A stretch of 64,000 nt of DNA, taken from the NCBI RefSeq assembly GCF_018350175.1, contig NC_058368.1, positions 3,472,001 to 3,536,000 of the forward strand, in the 5' to 3' direction. The position numbers and the translations under genes are program-made. Below, in pieces: positions 12,520 to 24,173 of the stretch (position 1 is its first letter; every line of letters begins with the position of its first letter). The DNA comes from Felis catus (taxonomy: Eukaryota). The notes beneath the pieces are model-generated. The model was given only the letters and a program-made list of their open reading frames with translations, did no database searches and was not told the origin of the DNA.

Positions 12520-12979
12520 TATATTAGTTTCTTGAGGATTCAGGAAGTCAGAGCCACAAACTGGGTGACTTCAAAAAGCAGAAATGTATTCTCTCATAGT
12601 TCTGAAGGCCAGAGGTCTGAAATCAGAGTTGGCAGGGTCATTGTCCCTCTGGAGACTCTAGGGAAGAATCTGTTCCCTCTTCTTGGATCACAAATGCACC
12701 TGTTCCATGATATTCCTTGGCTTGGAGCTGCCTCACTGCAATGTCTACCCCTATCGTCACATGGCCTTCCTCCCTACATGCCTTTGTCTCTGTGTGTCTC
12801 TTCCATAATGACACCACTCATTGAATTCAGGGACCACCTAACTCAGTATGACCTCATCTTTACCAACTGTATCTGTAAAGACCCTGTTTCCAAGTTAGGC
12901 CACATTTTGAGGTTCCAGGTAGACATGAAATTGCGGGGGCGGGGGGGGGGCGGTGCAGGGAGCTATTCAATCCACTACA
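12520..12979 (-). mobile_element. MLT1A/B/C-type MaLR LTR
   Basis: TATATTAGTTTC..CCACAAACTGGGTGACTT..AGAAATGTATTCTCTCATAGTTCTGAAGGCCAGAGGTCTGAAATC..GACCTCATCTT..ATTCAATCCACTACA. Confidence 0.9.
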
Positions 12980-13424
12980 TAGGTCTGTTCTCTGAGGTGT
13001 GTCCAAACATCCTAGTTCCAGAAGTTAACATAGTATCTGGCCCTGAGACTGAATGAATGAATACATGAATGTCTTCAATTTCTAACTCTGTCAAATAGGG
13101 CCAGTGAAGTCCCAAAGCTTAGACAAATAATTAAATAACATGCACATCATTTGAGCATGATTTAGGATCCCAGCCTTGACTTTCAAGCTACCTGTTTAGC
13201 CACACGTTTCCCACTGCTCCAGGGTCTCCTTTCATGTCACCTCATTGACTGTCTCCAGATGAGCTTGCCTGAGGACACCCTCCACTCTCACTCACTGAGA
13301 TGGGCGTTTGCCATTTTCAGTTGGGCTTTTGCTCTTCCAGGAGGATTCTTGTCAAATACTTTTCCTGACTCCTCTCACAAGAAAGGATCCTACTAGACCA
13401 TCAACATTTACAGAAATGTAAATT

Positions 13425-13650
13425 CATCTCATAACTTTGGTAAGTCACTGAAATTTTCTGTGCCTCTGTTTCTTTACGTTTGTAAAGTGGGATTAATCGT
13501 GGCACCTACATCATAGGATTGCTGTAACTACTAAATAAGTTATTATTTATATTTATATTTTAATATAATTCAATATATTATTTATATTTATATCATATTT
13601 AAATGCCTAAAACTGTGTCTGGCAGAGTAAGTGCCTTATGTGCCTTTGTT
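13425..13650 (+). mobile_element. MIR SINE with an AT-rich low-complexity insert (about 13541-13600)
   Basis: MIR core: AAGTCACT..TCTGTGCCTCTGTTTC..TGTAAAGTGGGATTAAT..CACCTACATCATAGGATTGCTGT. Confidence 0.75.
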
Positions 13651-14214
13651 AATTAAATTGTATTTCATGTCAGTTAATAAAATCTATTGAAGTGTCTCTG
13701 TATGTGAATTATTAAGTAGCTATCAAGTGCCCCCAAAGTGCTGGGTGTTTCTCATAATTTTCTTAGAGACGTAGCAACTTAGAACTGGTTTCTTCAAGGT
13801 AGTTACTAAATTCAGAAACATGAAGGAAAATTTTCTGAGAAGCATTTTCCTGGCTAAGCTTAAAGGTCTGCCTCTCAAACACTTCTGTTTTGGAGATATG
13901 ACATTTTATAGCATGAATGGAAAAAATTGCCTGGAAGCTATAGTGGTTTTTTTTCTTTTTTTACATAACACCCACTATTTGTACCTTACATTTTATAGTT
14001 TACAGAATGTTTGTTTTAAATAGTCCGTAGGGTTGCGAAAAGCTTGCCCAACGTGCCTCCTAATCTGTGAATCACATAATCTGAGAACGTTGAAGATCTG
14101 TTGATGTCCTTTTCTTGGCCCATCCCCTGCATACTCACTTGAAGGGCTGTCAAAGTTGGCATGACTTAAATGTCATTTTTTAAATAAGTGAGGATATAAA
14201 GTCAGGCTGAGGTT

Positions 14215-14260
14215 TTGTGTGTGTGTGTGTGTGCATGCACGTGTGTGTGCGTGTTTGTGT
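14215..14260. repeat. Imperfect (TG)n/(CG) microsatellite
   Basis: Alternating purine-pyrimidine run. Confidence 0.9.
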
Positions 14261-16162
14261 TGAAGCCGAGTTTGGCCAATACCATAACTTTATTGAATAT
14301 GAAAATTAACCCAGACTTCACTTGAAATCAGTCGTTTTTCTCACCCTCCTGTAGGGCTGGTTCAACTGAGTTCAGTCAAGGTGACACTCATGAGCTGAGA
14401 ATATGGCAGCTAAGAATGATAGAGACATCAGGAACATTCTTTGGGTTTTAGCCCCGCCCCTGTTTTATCCCACCGCACCCCCACCTTGTGTACTTTGCTA
14501 GAACCTGAAATGTGTTATTATTCCTCTTGGGAGGTCCGTTTACGTTGAAGGCACATCTGGCTTAATTAAGTTGACAGCTGCTACCGGTACTTTGGACAAG
14601 GTCCAGGCATCACAGCGCGTTACCATTCCCTTAACAGTTTAACCTTTCCTCGTCTCATCTTCAGATCGCAAACGAACTTGAGAGATGTGCTTTTATTATT
14701 TGTTAATACATGTTCAGTTTCTACCACGCTACCAAAATCGTAATCAGCAGAGACCACAGTAAAAGCCAAAGGGCAGTTCCCTAATGCCGGCTGGTAAACT
14801 GCAAAGACCAAACTATCAAAACCCGTGAAAACCAGGCTGCAAAGCATAATCATAAGTGGTCCAGGGTGGTTGGAGAAAAGGCTGAGAAAACAATCCCACT
14901 TTCAAGGCTTATGGCTTGAGTTTGCTTATATAAAATCTTTAAGCAGTAAAAAGTGATTATAGTTATTGCTGCTTCAACTGCAGCCAACAAAGAAGGTGGT
15001 CTTCAGATTCCCCACACACGCTGATGTTTCTCATCTACATTGTTGTTCTTCTAGCAATGGGGTAACCAAAAGCTTTGGCGCGTGCATATGGGACAAATCA
15101 GTTTGTTGCAAAGCCATGCAGTCTATGTTTTAAACCACCTGCATTCAATGCCTTTGCAGTTGTTTTAATTAATTTGTGCATAGCTTTCTTCCACTAGTGC
15201 TCCACGTAGAAAAGCACTGACAATAACAACTGCTTTTAGCTGCCTAACCCAAGCCCGAGCCCAGATTAATAAAAGCGAAGTCAATTCCAAAGGCCTTTCC
15301 AAGGAAAGGTGGTTAGCTTTTCCCGGCCATATTCACTTAGAGCACGAAAGTGTTTTATTTAACAAATTGCCGCTTGCCTTCCTGGAGGGTCAACCAGTAG
15401 AATGTTTGGTTCTCTATGGGGTTTTGTCTTTCCAACAAGCAATACCTTTGGGAGGCCAGGGGACAAAGGGAATCTTTTGAAACTGAAGGCCATTCGGTTT
15501 GCCAAGAACATGATCTTCCTTTGGCTATTATTTTCAATCATTACGGTTAAATTGTTTTTTTCCCCCTTATAATTCATCTTTGCTTTGATTGGTCCCTGGA
15601 TGTGCATAATGCTCCAAGCTTATTGCGCCATACTTCCTCCGAGAATTTCATGTTGAAATGCGTGCTGTCTTCCAAAATAGGCCCAACCGTACATTTTTCA
15701 CGTTCACATTTTTGTTAACTTTGCTTCACCTTTAGATTTGGAACGTCTCATTTTACTGAGAGCGCTTTTTGTGAGACTGATGGAGTTGACCATCTGTAGC
15801 GTGTCATATTCACACGCGATCGCACGTGCAGCTTACTGGGAATCTGGTAAAACCTAGGAATTGGCGAAAGCAAGTAAGTCTGCCAGAAAAGAATGATGCC
15901 CGAGGAAAGCACAGAAGCTGGGGTCACCTCCACAGTTATCCAACAGTACCCCATGATGGAATGCAGTGACACGTTTGTATTTGGAGGAGCATGCGACCCT
16001 CTTCTTCCGTGCCTCTTCCTACATTTGAGAAAACACACTTTCCAGACCCTTGGACTTAGGAATCTGTCATCAGCTAACTTCTTTGCCTAGAGAGGAATGA
16101 CCACCAGCGCCAGGATACTTGTCCTTTATCCCTGACTTGTCATTCATAAAGGAACACCTTGA

Positions 16163-16389
16163 GAGGCGCCAGGTACCTCAGTCGATTGAGTGACTGACTC
16201 TTGATTTAGGCTCCAATCGCAATCTCACAGCTATGGGATCGAGCCCTGCGTCAGGCTCTGCACCGGGCACGGAACCTGCTTGGGATTCTCTCTCTCCGTC
16301 TCTCGCTGCCCCTCCCCTGCTCTCTCTCTTTCCCTCTCTCTCAAAGGAAGGAAGGAACAAAGGGATGGAGGGAGGGGGGAGGAAGGAAA
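16163..16389 (+). mobile_element. CanSINE (tRNA-derived)
   Basis: tRNA-like head and (CT)n body. TSD GAACACCTTGAG at 16152-16163 and 16390-16401. Confidence 0.93.
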
Positions 16390-19324
16390 GAACACCTTGA
16401 GGTACAGGAAGCCTAGAGCTGTTTTTCCTCAAAGCAGGTGGAGTTGGAAGGTCTAAGTAGGCATGGGACTGGCATATCTCAGTAAATAAGCGATACCTTA
16501 TAAACATGAGTTGATGGGGTAACTAAGGACACTGTGTCTGTATGAAGCTCTCCTGAGTGTCTCCTCTTACCTGACAGCACTTCAGGGATTAGGATTGCTG
16601 TTCTAGGTCAAGTCAAAATAGATTCCAAGACAGATTTGCCTCTCAGGAACAACTAGGACACCCTTAAGTCCCCAGGGCGCTAAGTTGTCTCCTTCTTTGC
16701 TCTCAAGTGACTGATCAGAATGGTGTGGGGCCATGATGCAGCAGTCAGGCCCTGGAAATGCTGGAGGAGTTCCAAGCCTCCAGCTCGCCACTGTGTCACC
16801 CCATATCCTGAGTGCCCGTCCGTGACCTGGATTGGCCTCTCAAAGTAGCTCACCTGGGGAAGAGACGGGCTAGGACTTCTAGGTTGCCAATGAAATCCCA
16901 ACGACAAAATATTCAGGTGGTTTACTTGGGTTCATAGCATATATAAACAATCATATTTCTTAGACATATGTATTTTATGTAAAATCATCTGTATTTTATT
17001 ACCCCCCCCAAAAAAAACCAAACAACCTTTTTACCAAAGTATGTTACCTGCCATTATAATGTTCCTTACAATGTATTGGTAGATGTAAAACGACAAATTA
17101 GCAAAATTAGAAAAAGTTTTATCACATCTTTTTGCTGCCCCACCAGCCAATTGAGCAAATAGGAGCATATAACACATTTAAAAGCTGTATTAGCAATTAA
17201 CTATCATGTATGCTTTGATGTCTCTCCGAAAACAAACAAAAACTAAAATGAGTAATTGAGTGAGCAAGCAAAAAAAAAAAAAATCAATCTGTGCTTCTTC
17301 AAATGTTAACTGAATGACAGTAAAACCTGTGCTCTTTGATCAAATACTATCAGAATAAGGGATTCCTTTTTTTTTAACTTCTTACAGTCTCTACACAAGT
17401 CAGGTAAAGGTCTGTTTTCATTTATATAAATATTAATAACCATACAATAAAGGTTTATGATCTAATCAGACACCGTGCCCTGAATATTAGTCATAGGCCA
17501 CGTGCAGTATGTTTCTACCTGCTGGGGATCACTCAGCATCGCGGCTGGCTTGTTTGTAATAAACCCTTTGGGCAACTGTGGTGCTGTCTTCTCCCTCTGT
17601 AGTAATTCATGCAAGTGACAAAGGATAATGCCGTCCTCTGTCCCCGGGACAACAAAAACCATTTGTTCCTCTGAGCCTCCAGGTATCCACTTAAGTCGGC
17701 CTTTGTAGGTGCTTTTTTTCCCTGCTAGTTAAATGAGATAAATGTAGGCTACTTCGTGAGTTCCCATCAAGGAACGAAGAAGAGCGACCCTACACCTGCA
17801 GGAAGCTCGTGAATCTGGGGCGACCTCGCCGAGCTCCCCACGCATCCTCCGTTCTCCCAGCCTGGAGAGCTGATAGCCAGCTTCTCCAAACTGGACCTGC
17901 GTGTCTCTGAGCTGTCCTCATGTCACTTCAAAGAAACCACACTTGCTGGGTTTCAGAGCTACACCTTCGGTTTCCAGATACTCTTTCTTTTAAAAGGCTC
18001 GGACACATCTAACAAGTAAGTACAAAGGATGTCATTTAAGTCTGAAAACTATAGAAAAAAAATGACTACTTTACTTATTTCTTAGACCAAACATTTAGCT
18101 GTTTGGAAATATCTGTTTTTGACTATTTATCCTTATCCAGATGATTGGCATTTTGTAGACATGGATTAAGTGCTCCTATTAGTATATAAAGCGTCAAGTC
18201 CTTGTAAATTTGGGCAAACTAAGAGACTGCCTTCTTTCGTAGCACAAGCAAAACAAGATTTTCTCCCCTCGCTTGTAATCTCCTGTCCCAAAGAGGAAGA
18301 AGTTGTCCCTGAAATAGTTATTTTCATCCAGCTGCTAATTGTTTATATTGAGGATGAGACTCACGAGCTCACAAAAGCACAAATGAACTAAAAGCAGTCA
18401 GGGCACAAGGAGGCTTGCAGGGCTCAGGAGACCACTTGGGTCCCACTCATGCGGGAGCCATCCCACAGGTCAGCTCCCTCGGTGGGCAGCACCCAGGCCT
18501 GGGCCCCAGGAAAAGCACCACCCTGGCAACGTAGGGGATGCGGACGCAATCGTGACGCTCACAAGTTTCCAGCTTTACGGCTGAGGGTGTTAGAGGCTAA
18601 AGCCCGCAGCCCTTGGCAACGGGCAGGGGCTGGCCCAGCCAAGTTTCCTGGGGCTTGCGAGTGTGCTGGGGGGGGGTGGGGGGGACGGTGGAGGGGGAAG
18701 GGTTTTCGGTGGCGGTAGCTCCTGGGCAATGTCACTAAGCACTCCATGCAGCTATCTTCAATGCTGTCGGAGAATCCACGTCAGACCCCAAAAGTAGACT
18801 AGTTGTGAGACTAAACATCAGTGGCTTGCCCTCTTTATGTTTTTGTTTCATAGAAGTTCACGGACATGGGAGAGCTCTGAGCACACCTGTTGCAGGTACA
18901 GGCTGGTAGTTGCTGTAGTAAATTTGGATCACGGTATGGATGATGACAAAAGGGTAGAAGGGAAGCTATTGACACATATGCACCGAGACAGCAGGCTGTT
19001 TTGTAAACAAAGAAACATTTCTTCAGCCAGGAACTGATATCAATTCTCTTCCCAAGCCTCTGTGCCTGTGTGGATGTTGCAACTGACTCCCGATGGAACC
19101 AGAGAGAAGCTGAAGTCCTCTTCGGTGAGGTCATGATATTGGAGGTGGCTGTAAGCAAGCCTGATTGGTTTTCAGTGTTCTAATACGTACGAAATACACA
19201 CTGAGTTTCCAAGGATCTGAAACTTTATTCTTATCAAGACTTAAATCAGTATTATTACTGTTATTGTTTTTTAAGGTCAAGAGTTTGTACAGTGTTTTGT
19301 TTATATTTCATTGTATACTGTGAC

Positions 19325-19460
19325 ATATTAGAAAGAGCCCTGGATGGAAGTTTAAAAATGTAGATTTTATTATAAAGATCATATCCAAATACTACCTAGT
19401 ATATGACTTGGGGAAAATCACTTAACCTCTCTGAGTCATTTTGTAGATTCTCTATAGTGA
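19325..19460 (+). mobile_element. MIR fragment
   Basis: AGAAAGAGCCCTGGA..TGACTTGGGGAAAATCACTTAACCTCTCTGAG. Confidence 0.6.
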
Positions 19461-19559
19461 TGTTACACTAACATCAACAATTAGAAGTTGTCAGAAGGGG
19501 TCCATGAAAACATAGACCTTTTGAGCTGGGTGATGTCTCAAGCGTAGGGTATGAGACTG

Positions 19560-20240
19560 GAGAGATGGACACTTTTGCCTTGTAGACTATGGTAAAGCAT
19601 TGAGAATATAAGCTGAATGCTTGGAAAAACCTTTGGAGGGTTTTGGAAAAGCCTTTGTTAGATGATATAATTTGACTTACGTTTTAAGATGTCATTCAGA
19701 CTGGCATGTAGAAATTTGAATGTAAGGGGACCGGGAAGGCTTTCAGAGGCTAGCACAGTATTTTATGAAAGACAGGGTGGTCTGAATTAGGGTGACTCTG
19801 ACGGCCAGATGGTGGTACTCGTGGCCATGGTGAGAACTGGCCCATTTGAGACACCAGCAGGTCAAAGACTCAATCAAGTGTGTTTTCCAGGTTGTTTGGC
19901 CTGAGCAGCAGGGTAAATGGTGTGAACTTGGGAAGCCAGAGTGGGGAAACAACTTGGAGAGTAAAACACGAGCCAACAAAAACCAAGAGTCAGTATAGCA
20001 TCCGTTTAAGTCACCTGCAGACACCTGATAGAGAATGTGAGCAGGTCAGTCATGAGTCTACATGTCAAGGGTGATGGCGGGGCTGGGGCGTGAGTTTGGC
20101 ATATCGATAGAATTTAAACGATTGCTCCCACAGACCACTCAAGCCTACGTTGTTAGGGCAAATAGAAATGGGAAGATGGCCCAAGACTAGATGTCAGTGT
20201 CCTCCAACATTTCCAAGTCAGGAAGAGCAGAAAGCAGCAC
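19560..20240 (-). mobile_element. L2 LINE fragment
   Basis: Purine-rich strand with L2 motifs (GACTATGGTAAAG..TTGGAGGGTTTTG..ATTTGACTTACGTTTTAAGA..). Confidence 0.6.
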
Positions 20241-20791
20241 AGAGCCAGACTCATACATGACCTTCTCGGGGTGGCCTTCCTTATACCTCATTCCCCGATA
20301 CTGAGTTAGGTTGTGATTCTATGGAAGGCTGTGCTTGTCTGTGGTAGCATTTATCTAAAGCAACTCTTTTACACAAGATGATTTATTCCACGGAGGTAGG
20401 GACTGTGTCTCATGTATTACACTTTGCCCTAAAACTGACCCAGGCAAATGGCAGACTTTGAAACCTTAGACATAAAAAGGTACATGGATACCCTAGAATT
20501 TTATCCCATTTCCTAAGTAACTTGTGTCAGTGGCCACTTCGATCCCATAATAGATGGGGTTTGAGGTAGTCAACCAGTAATACGTGGTCCTTGGTGCATT
20601 TGGAGTGTTACATTTAGCCTACAAGGGTATGAAAAATGTATGGCACAGGAAGACAGAAAAAAGAACCTGTCTCTCTCTTTCTCTCTCTCTTTTCCTCACT
20701 TCTCCTCTCTCCCTCTCTCTCTCCTCCCTCCTTTTAGTTTTATAGAGCTGTGGCTGAAAAGAAATGCCCTAAGAAAAAAATCCTAATATGA

Positions 20792-21025
20792 GGGGTGCCT
20801 GAGTGGCTCAGTCAGTTAAGTGTCCGACTTTGACCCAGGTCATGATCTCATAGTTCATGAGATAGAGCAGCTCCTCATGGGGCTGGCTGCTGTTGACACA
20901 GAGCTTGCTTCGGATCCTCTGTCCCCCATCCCCTCTCTCTGCCCTTCCCCCACTCTCTCCCTCCCTCTCTTTCTCTCTTTCTCTCAAAAATAAATAAATA
21001 AGCATTTAAAAAAAGAAAAAGAAAG
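20792..21025 (+). mobile_element. CanSINE
   Basis: GGGGTGCCTGAGTGGCTCAGTCAGTTAAGTGTCCGACT head, (CT)n body and AATAAA/A-rich tail. Confidence 0.95.
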
Positions 21026-22738
21026 AAATCCTCTACGATGAAATTACAAAATTTCACACTTGGAGTCATTTGGCTTGATTTCTAATTTCACCTCCATAGC
21101 GCACTCCCCGACTCTCAGCCTTATTTTTAACCAAGTTTGCGACCAGCCCCGCCTTGTTCAAAATGTCCACGTCAAAGGATGATATACACACATGCGCACA
21201 CATCCATATTCATCATCTGCCCCTTGTATCATCCAGGCGATTTATCTGTTGCATCTTACATCTTGGTATTGGATTTATAAGTTATGTGATCATTCATTTT
21301 CTGTGTCAATTTCCCACTTCTCATTTTGCAAATTCAATGCACTTCTATTAATTTGGCACCTGGAACTGATAGATATACTATGTGGTATTATGTCCCTAGT
21401 TAAATCAAAAGGGCAGACCAGTACCTTTCCAGAGCCAATATTTTATTGTTGGTCATTTTGTTTTGTATTAAGCTGAGCCATGCCTTTTAATAATATGCCT
21501 CAGTATTCCTGATCAGGAAAATGGGAATAGAATCTGCAGTGTTTCCTTCTCATAAAGATAGCGTAAATATTCCTGAAGCAAAAGTCATTGTCTTTGACTT
21601 GTATAATTAACGAAATGAATTTCCACGCAGAAGACCATGTTTGCCGGAGTGACAAGGAGAGCCTGTGCGTCCACAGCTGATGTCTGTTTGCAGCAAAGGG
21701 CTGGCTAGAAGTTTTAGCAGTGGCCAACCAAGCCTTGTCGATGGTCTTTACATTCGTAGATGAAATCTAGGAAAACGGTTACCTCTATAAAATTTGAAAA
21801 GGATTAGATGCCTGTGCATTAGAATAACATCTGTAGTTATACTGGGAGGATAAAATTACCAGGGTGATCAATCCTTATCCTTCAAGATATAAGCTGAATA
21901 ACAGCTGGGTTTGAGAAGAAAAGTTCTACCCCTGTGATCACATTTCATCGACGATCAGACACGAGATGAGTCGCTGACCGCTGCTAAAACTCCTGGCCCA
22001 GACCTTTGTTACAAACATACTGACTGTAGATGAATAGATCCTCTGTGTCACTCAGGCAAACCCTGTGATTTATAAGGGAACCTTCAGGACTTGGAATCCA
22101 GAAACCCCTTTAAGCTCAAGTATCCACGAGGGCTTCCCAGACAAGTATGTCACTGATTCAAATGTAAACCAGGCCAATGGATGCTAGGAAAATGCCCCCG
22201 ACGGACCCACTGCCAAGGTGCCTGATATGCTGGAAGTCAAGTTAGGGCAAGAGATGGTCGGTGCTACCAGGTTCTACAAAGAGGTGGCCATTCTGGAGCC
22301 CTAGTGACTGTCTTTCTCCTTTATCCTCCCTTCTTTTCCACCCTTAAATCTGTACTGGGAAAGGATCCTATTTGGTAAGTTCAGCTCTTCTCTTAAGAAC
22401 GGTTGAAAGGAGGTGTGGAGTAAATGTTGTGAGAAGGAAACATGAACCAAAAGTTAGCAGAACAAATCCAAGTCGCAGACATATCAAGACAGTTAGCAAC
22501 GCCAGAAATAAACACAGCCGAGCGTAGATCAACAGAGAATGTGGATGGAAACTTCGCTGTGGGTATCACTGGGAAGAGGAATTAAACAAGCAGATGGTAA
22601 TATTGGAGGGAAAGAGGAAGCAAAAAAAAGAAAATATAAAAAGAGGAATGAACGATGTGACAGCTTTTGGTGGGATAAAAGAAACTTGGAATTGTTTTCT
22701 ACCTAGCAAGAGTTAAGATAAGAATTGTGATGAAAATA

Positions 22739-22872
22739 GAGCACCTGGGTAGATCTGTCGGTTGAACCACTGACTCTTGATTTCCACTCCAGTCATGATC
22801 TTGCAGTTCATGAGCACACAGCACGGACCCCTGTGCCGGGCTCCGTGCTTTGTGCACAGAGTCGGCTTGGGA

Positions 22873-22908
<36 letters not shown>

Positions 22909-22966
22909 CCTTCCCTGCTCACGTGCACTCTCTATCTCAAAATAAATAAAAAGCCATTAAAAAAAG
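22739..22966 (+). mobile_element. CanSINE (older)
   Basis: Head, (CT)n body and A tail. Imperfect TSD AAGAAT(TG/CA)TGATGAAAATA on both sides. Confidence 0.92.
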
Positions 22967-23311
22967 AAGAATCATGATGAAAATAACGCACTCATGAAAA
23001 GATTATATAAATGCACAGGAGAACTTTAGGGTTGAAAATAGGGCTCAGACAATTCTAGAAAGCAAGTACATATATATTTGTCTAGCCCAAACCACTGCTG
23101 CCTCAAATCAGTGGCAAAACTGAGTATATCAAAATCTAACTTAGATTTGAGGAGATATAAAACAGTCTACAGACATATTTAGTTTAAAAACTTCCAGCAA
23201 ATCGGAAACAAAGTGCAAAGCAAAATTAAAAAAATTAATTTTTCAAAACAGATGACTTACGTCTTTTCAGTTTTCAGTCATTATTAGCTAACATTAAGAT
23301 TCTTATTTATA

Positions 23312-23530
23312 GGGGCACCTGGGTAGCTCAGTTGGTTAAGTGTCCGACTTGCTCAGTCCGTGATCTCACGGTTAGTGGATTCAAGCCCCGAGTCCCGCTC
23401 CATGCTGACAGCTCAGAACCTGGAGCCGGCTTCTTGTTCTGTGTCTCCCTCTTTCTGCCCCTCCCCCGCTCATGCTCTGCCTCTCTGTGTCTCTCAAAAA
23501 TGAATAAACGTAAAAAAGTTTTAAAAATTA
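23312..23530 (+). mobile_element. CanSINE
   Basis: GGGGCACCTGGGTAGCTCAGTTGGTTAAGTGTCCGACT..CTCTCAAAAATGAATAAACG. Confidence 0.95.
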
Positions 23531-24140
23531 AAGATTATCAACATCTCATGTGCAATTTTAGACATTTTTTGGATAATTGGAAATACGCATTATCTAAATT
23601 GGCAAGTTTTATAAAAGCGCTATCTGTTTACGTACGAACTATATCAAGAGCATGCACTGTGTGTGCACCATGCTCTTGGGTGCTGCTGAGAACATGGCGG
23701 TGGATAGCACATGGCCGTGCCCTCAAGTGGTTTGGGCAAGTCAAACCACTTCCACGACGCTGTTCAAGTAAATGTCTTCAGATTCACACCAAGACACATA
23801 TTTCATGTGAAAATCTATAAATGCTTCAGTTTCAAATGTTAAGCAATCCCATCCATTTATATTTAACTATCATTTCCTCTGAGACCTCCCTCCCTGACCC
23901 TCTAAATTGGGTTAATCCCATTCTATCAGCCTTGATGGAGGCCTTTCCCTAGCAAAACACTCAACACTCCCTACTAGTTTTGCTTTCTCTCCGCTGTCCC
24001 TCTTGTTCATGATCACCCCCCAAAGGATTCAAGACGTGTCTTGTGAATGAATGATTGTGTGACTGAAATGTAATAAGTGTGTCAATGAAGTAATAATTAA
24101 ACTGGACTCTCCCAGCACAATAATGAGATCTAGACAAAAT

Positions 24141-24142
24141 AA

Positions 24143-24173
<31 letters not shown>
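24141..24173. repeat. (TAAA)n tetranucleotide repeat
   Basis: About 8 units. Confidence 0.95.

Noticed and set aside
12484..13056. 190-aa ORF
   Set aside because: It lies almost entirely within the antisense MLT1 LTR and is a chance open frame.
17462..17662. Minus-strand ATGCTGAGTGATCCCCAGCAG|GTAGAA as an alternative first coding exon (MLSDPQQ)
   Set aside because: The donor is weak, the peptide is unrecognised, and no downstream partner exon was found.
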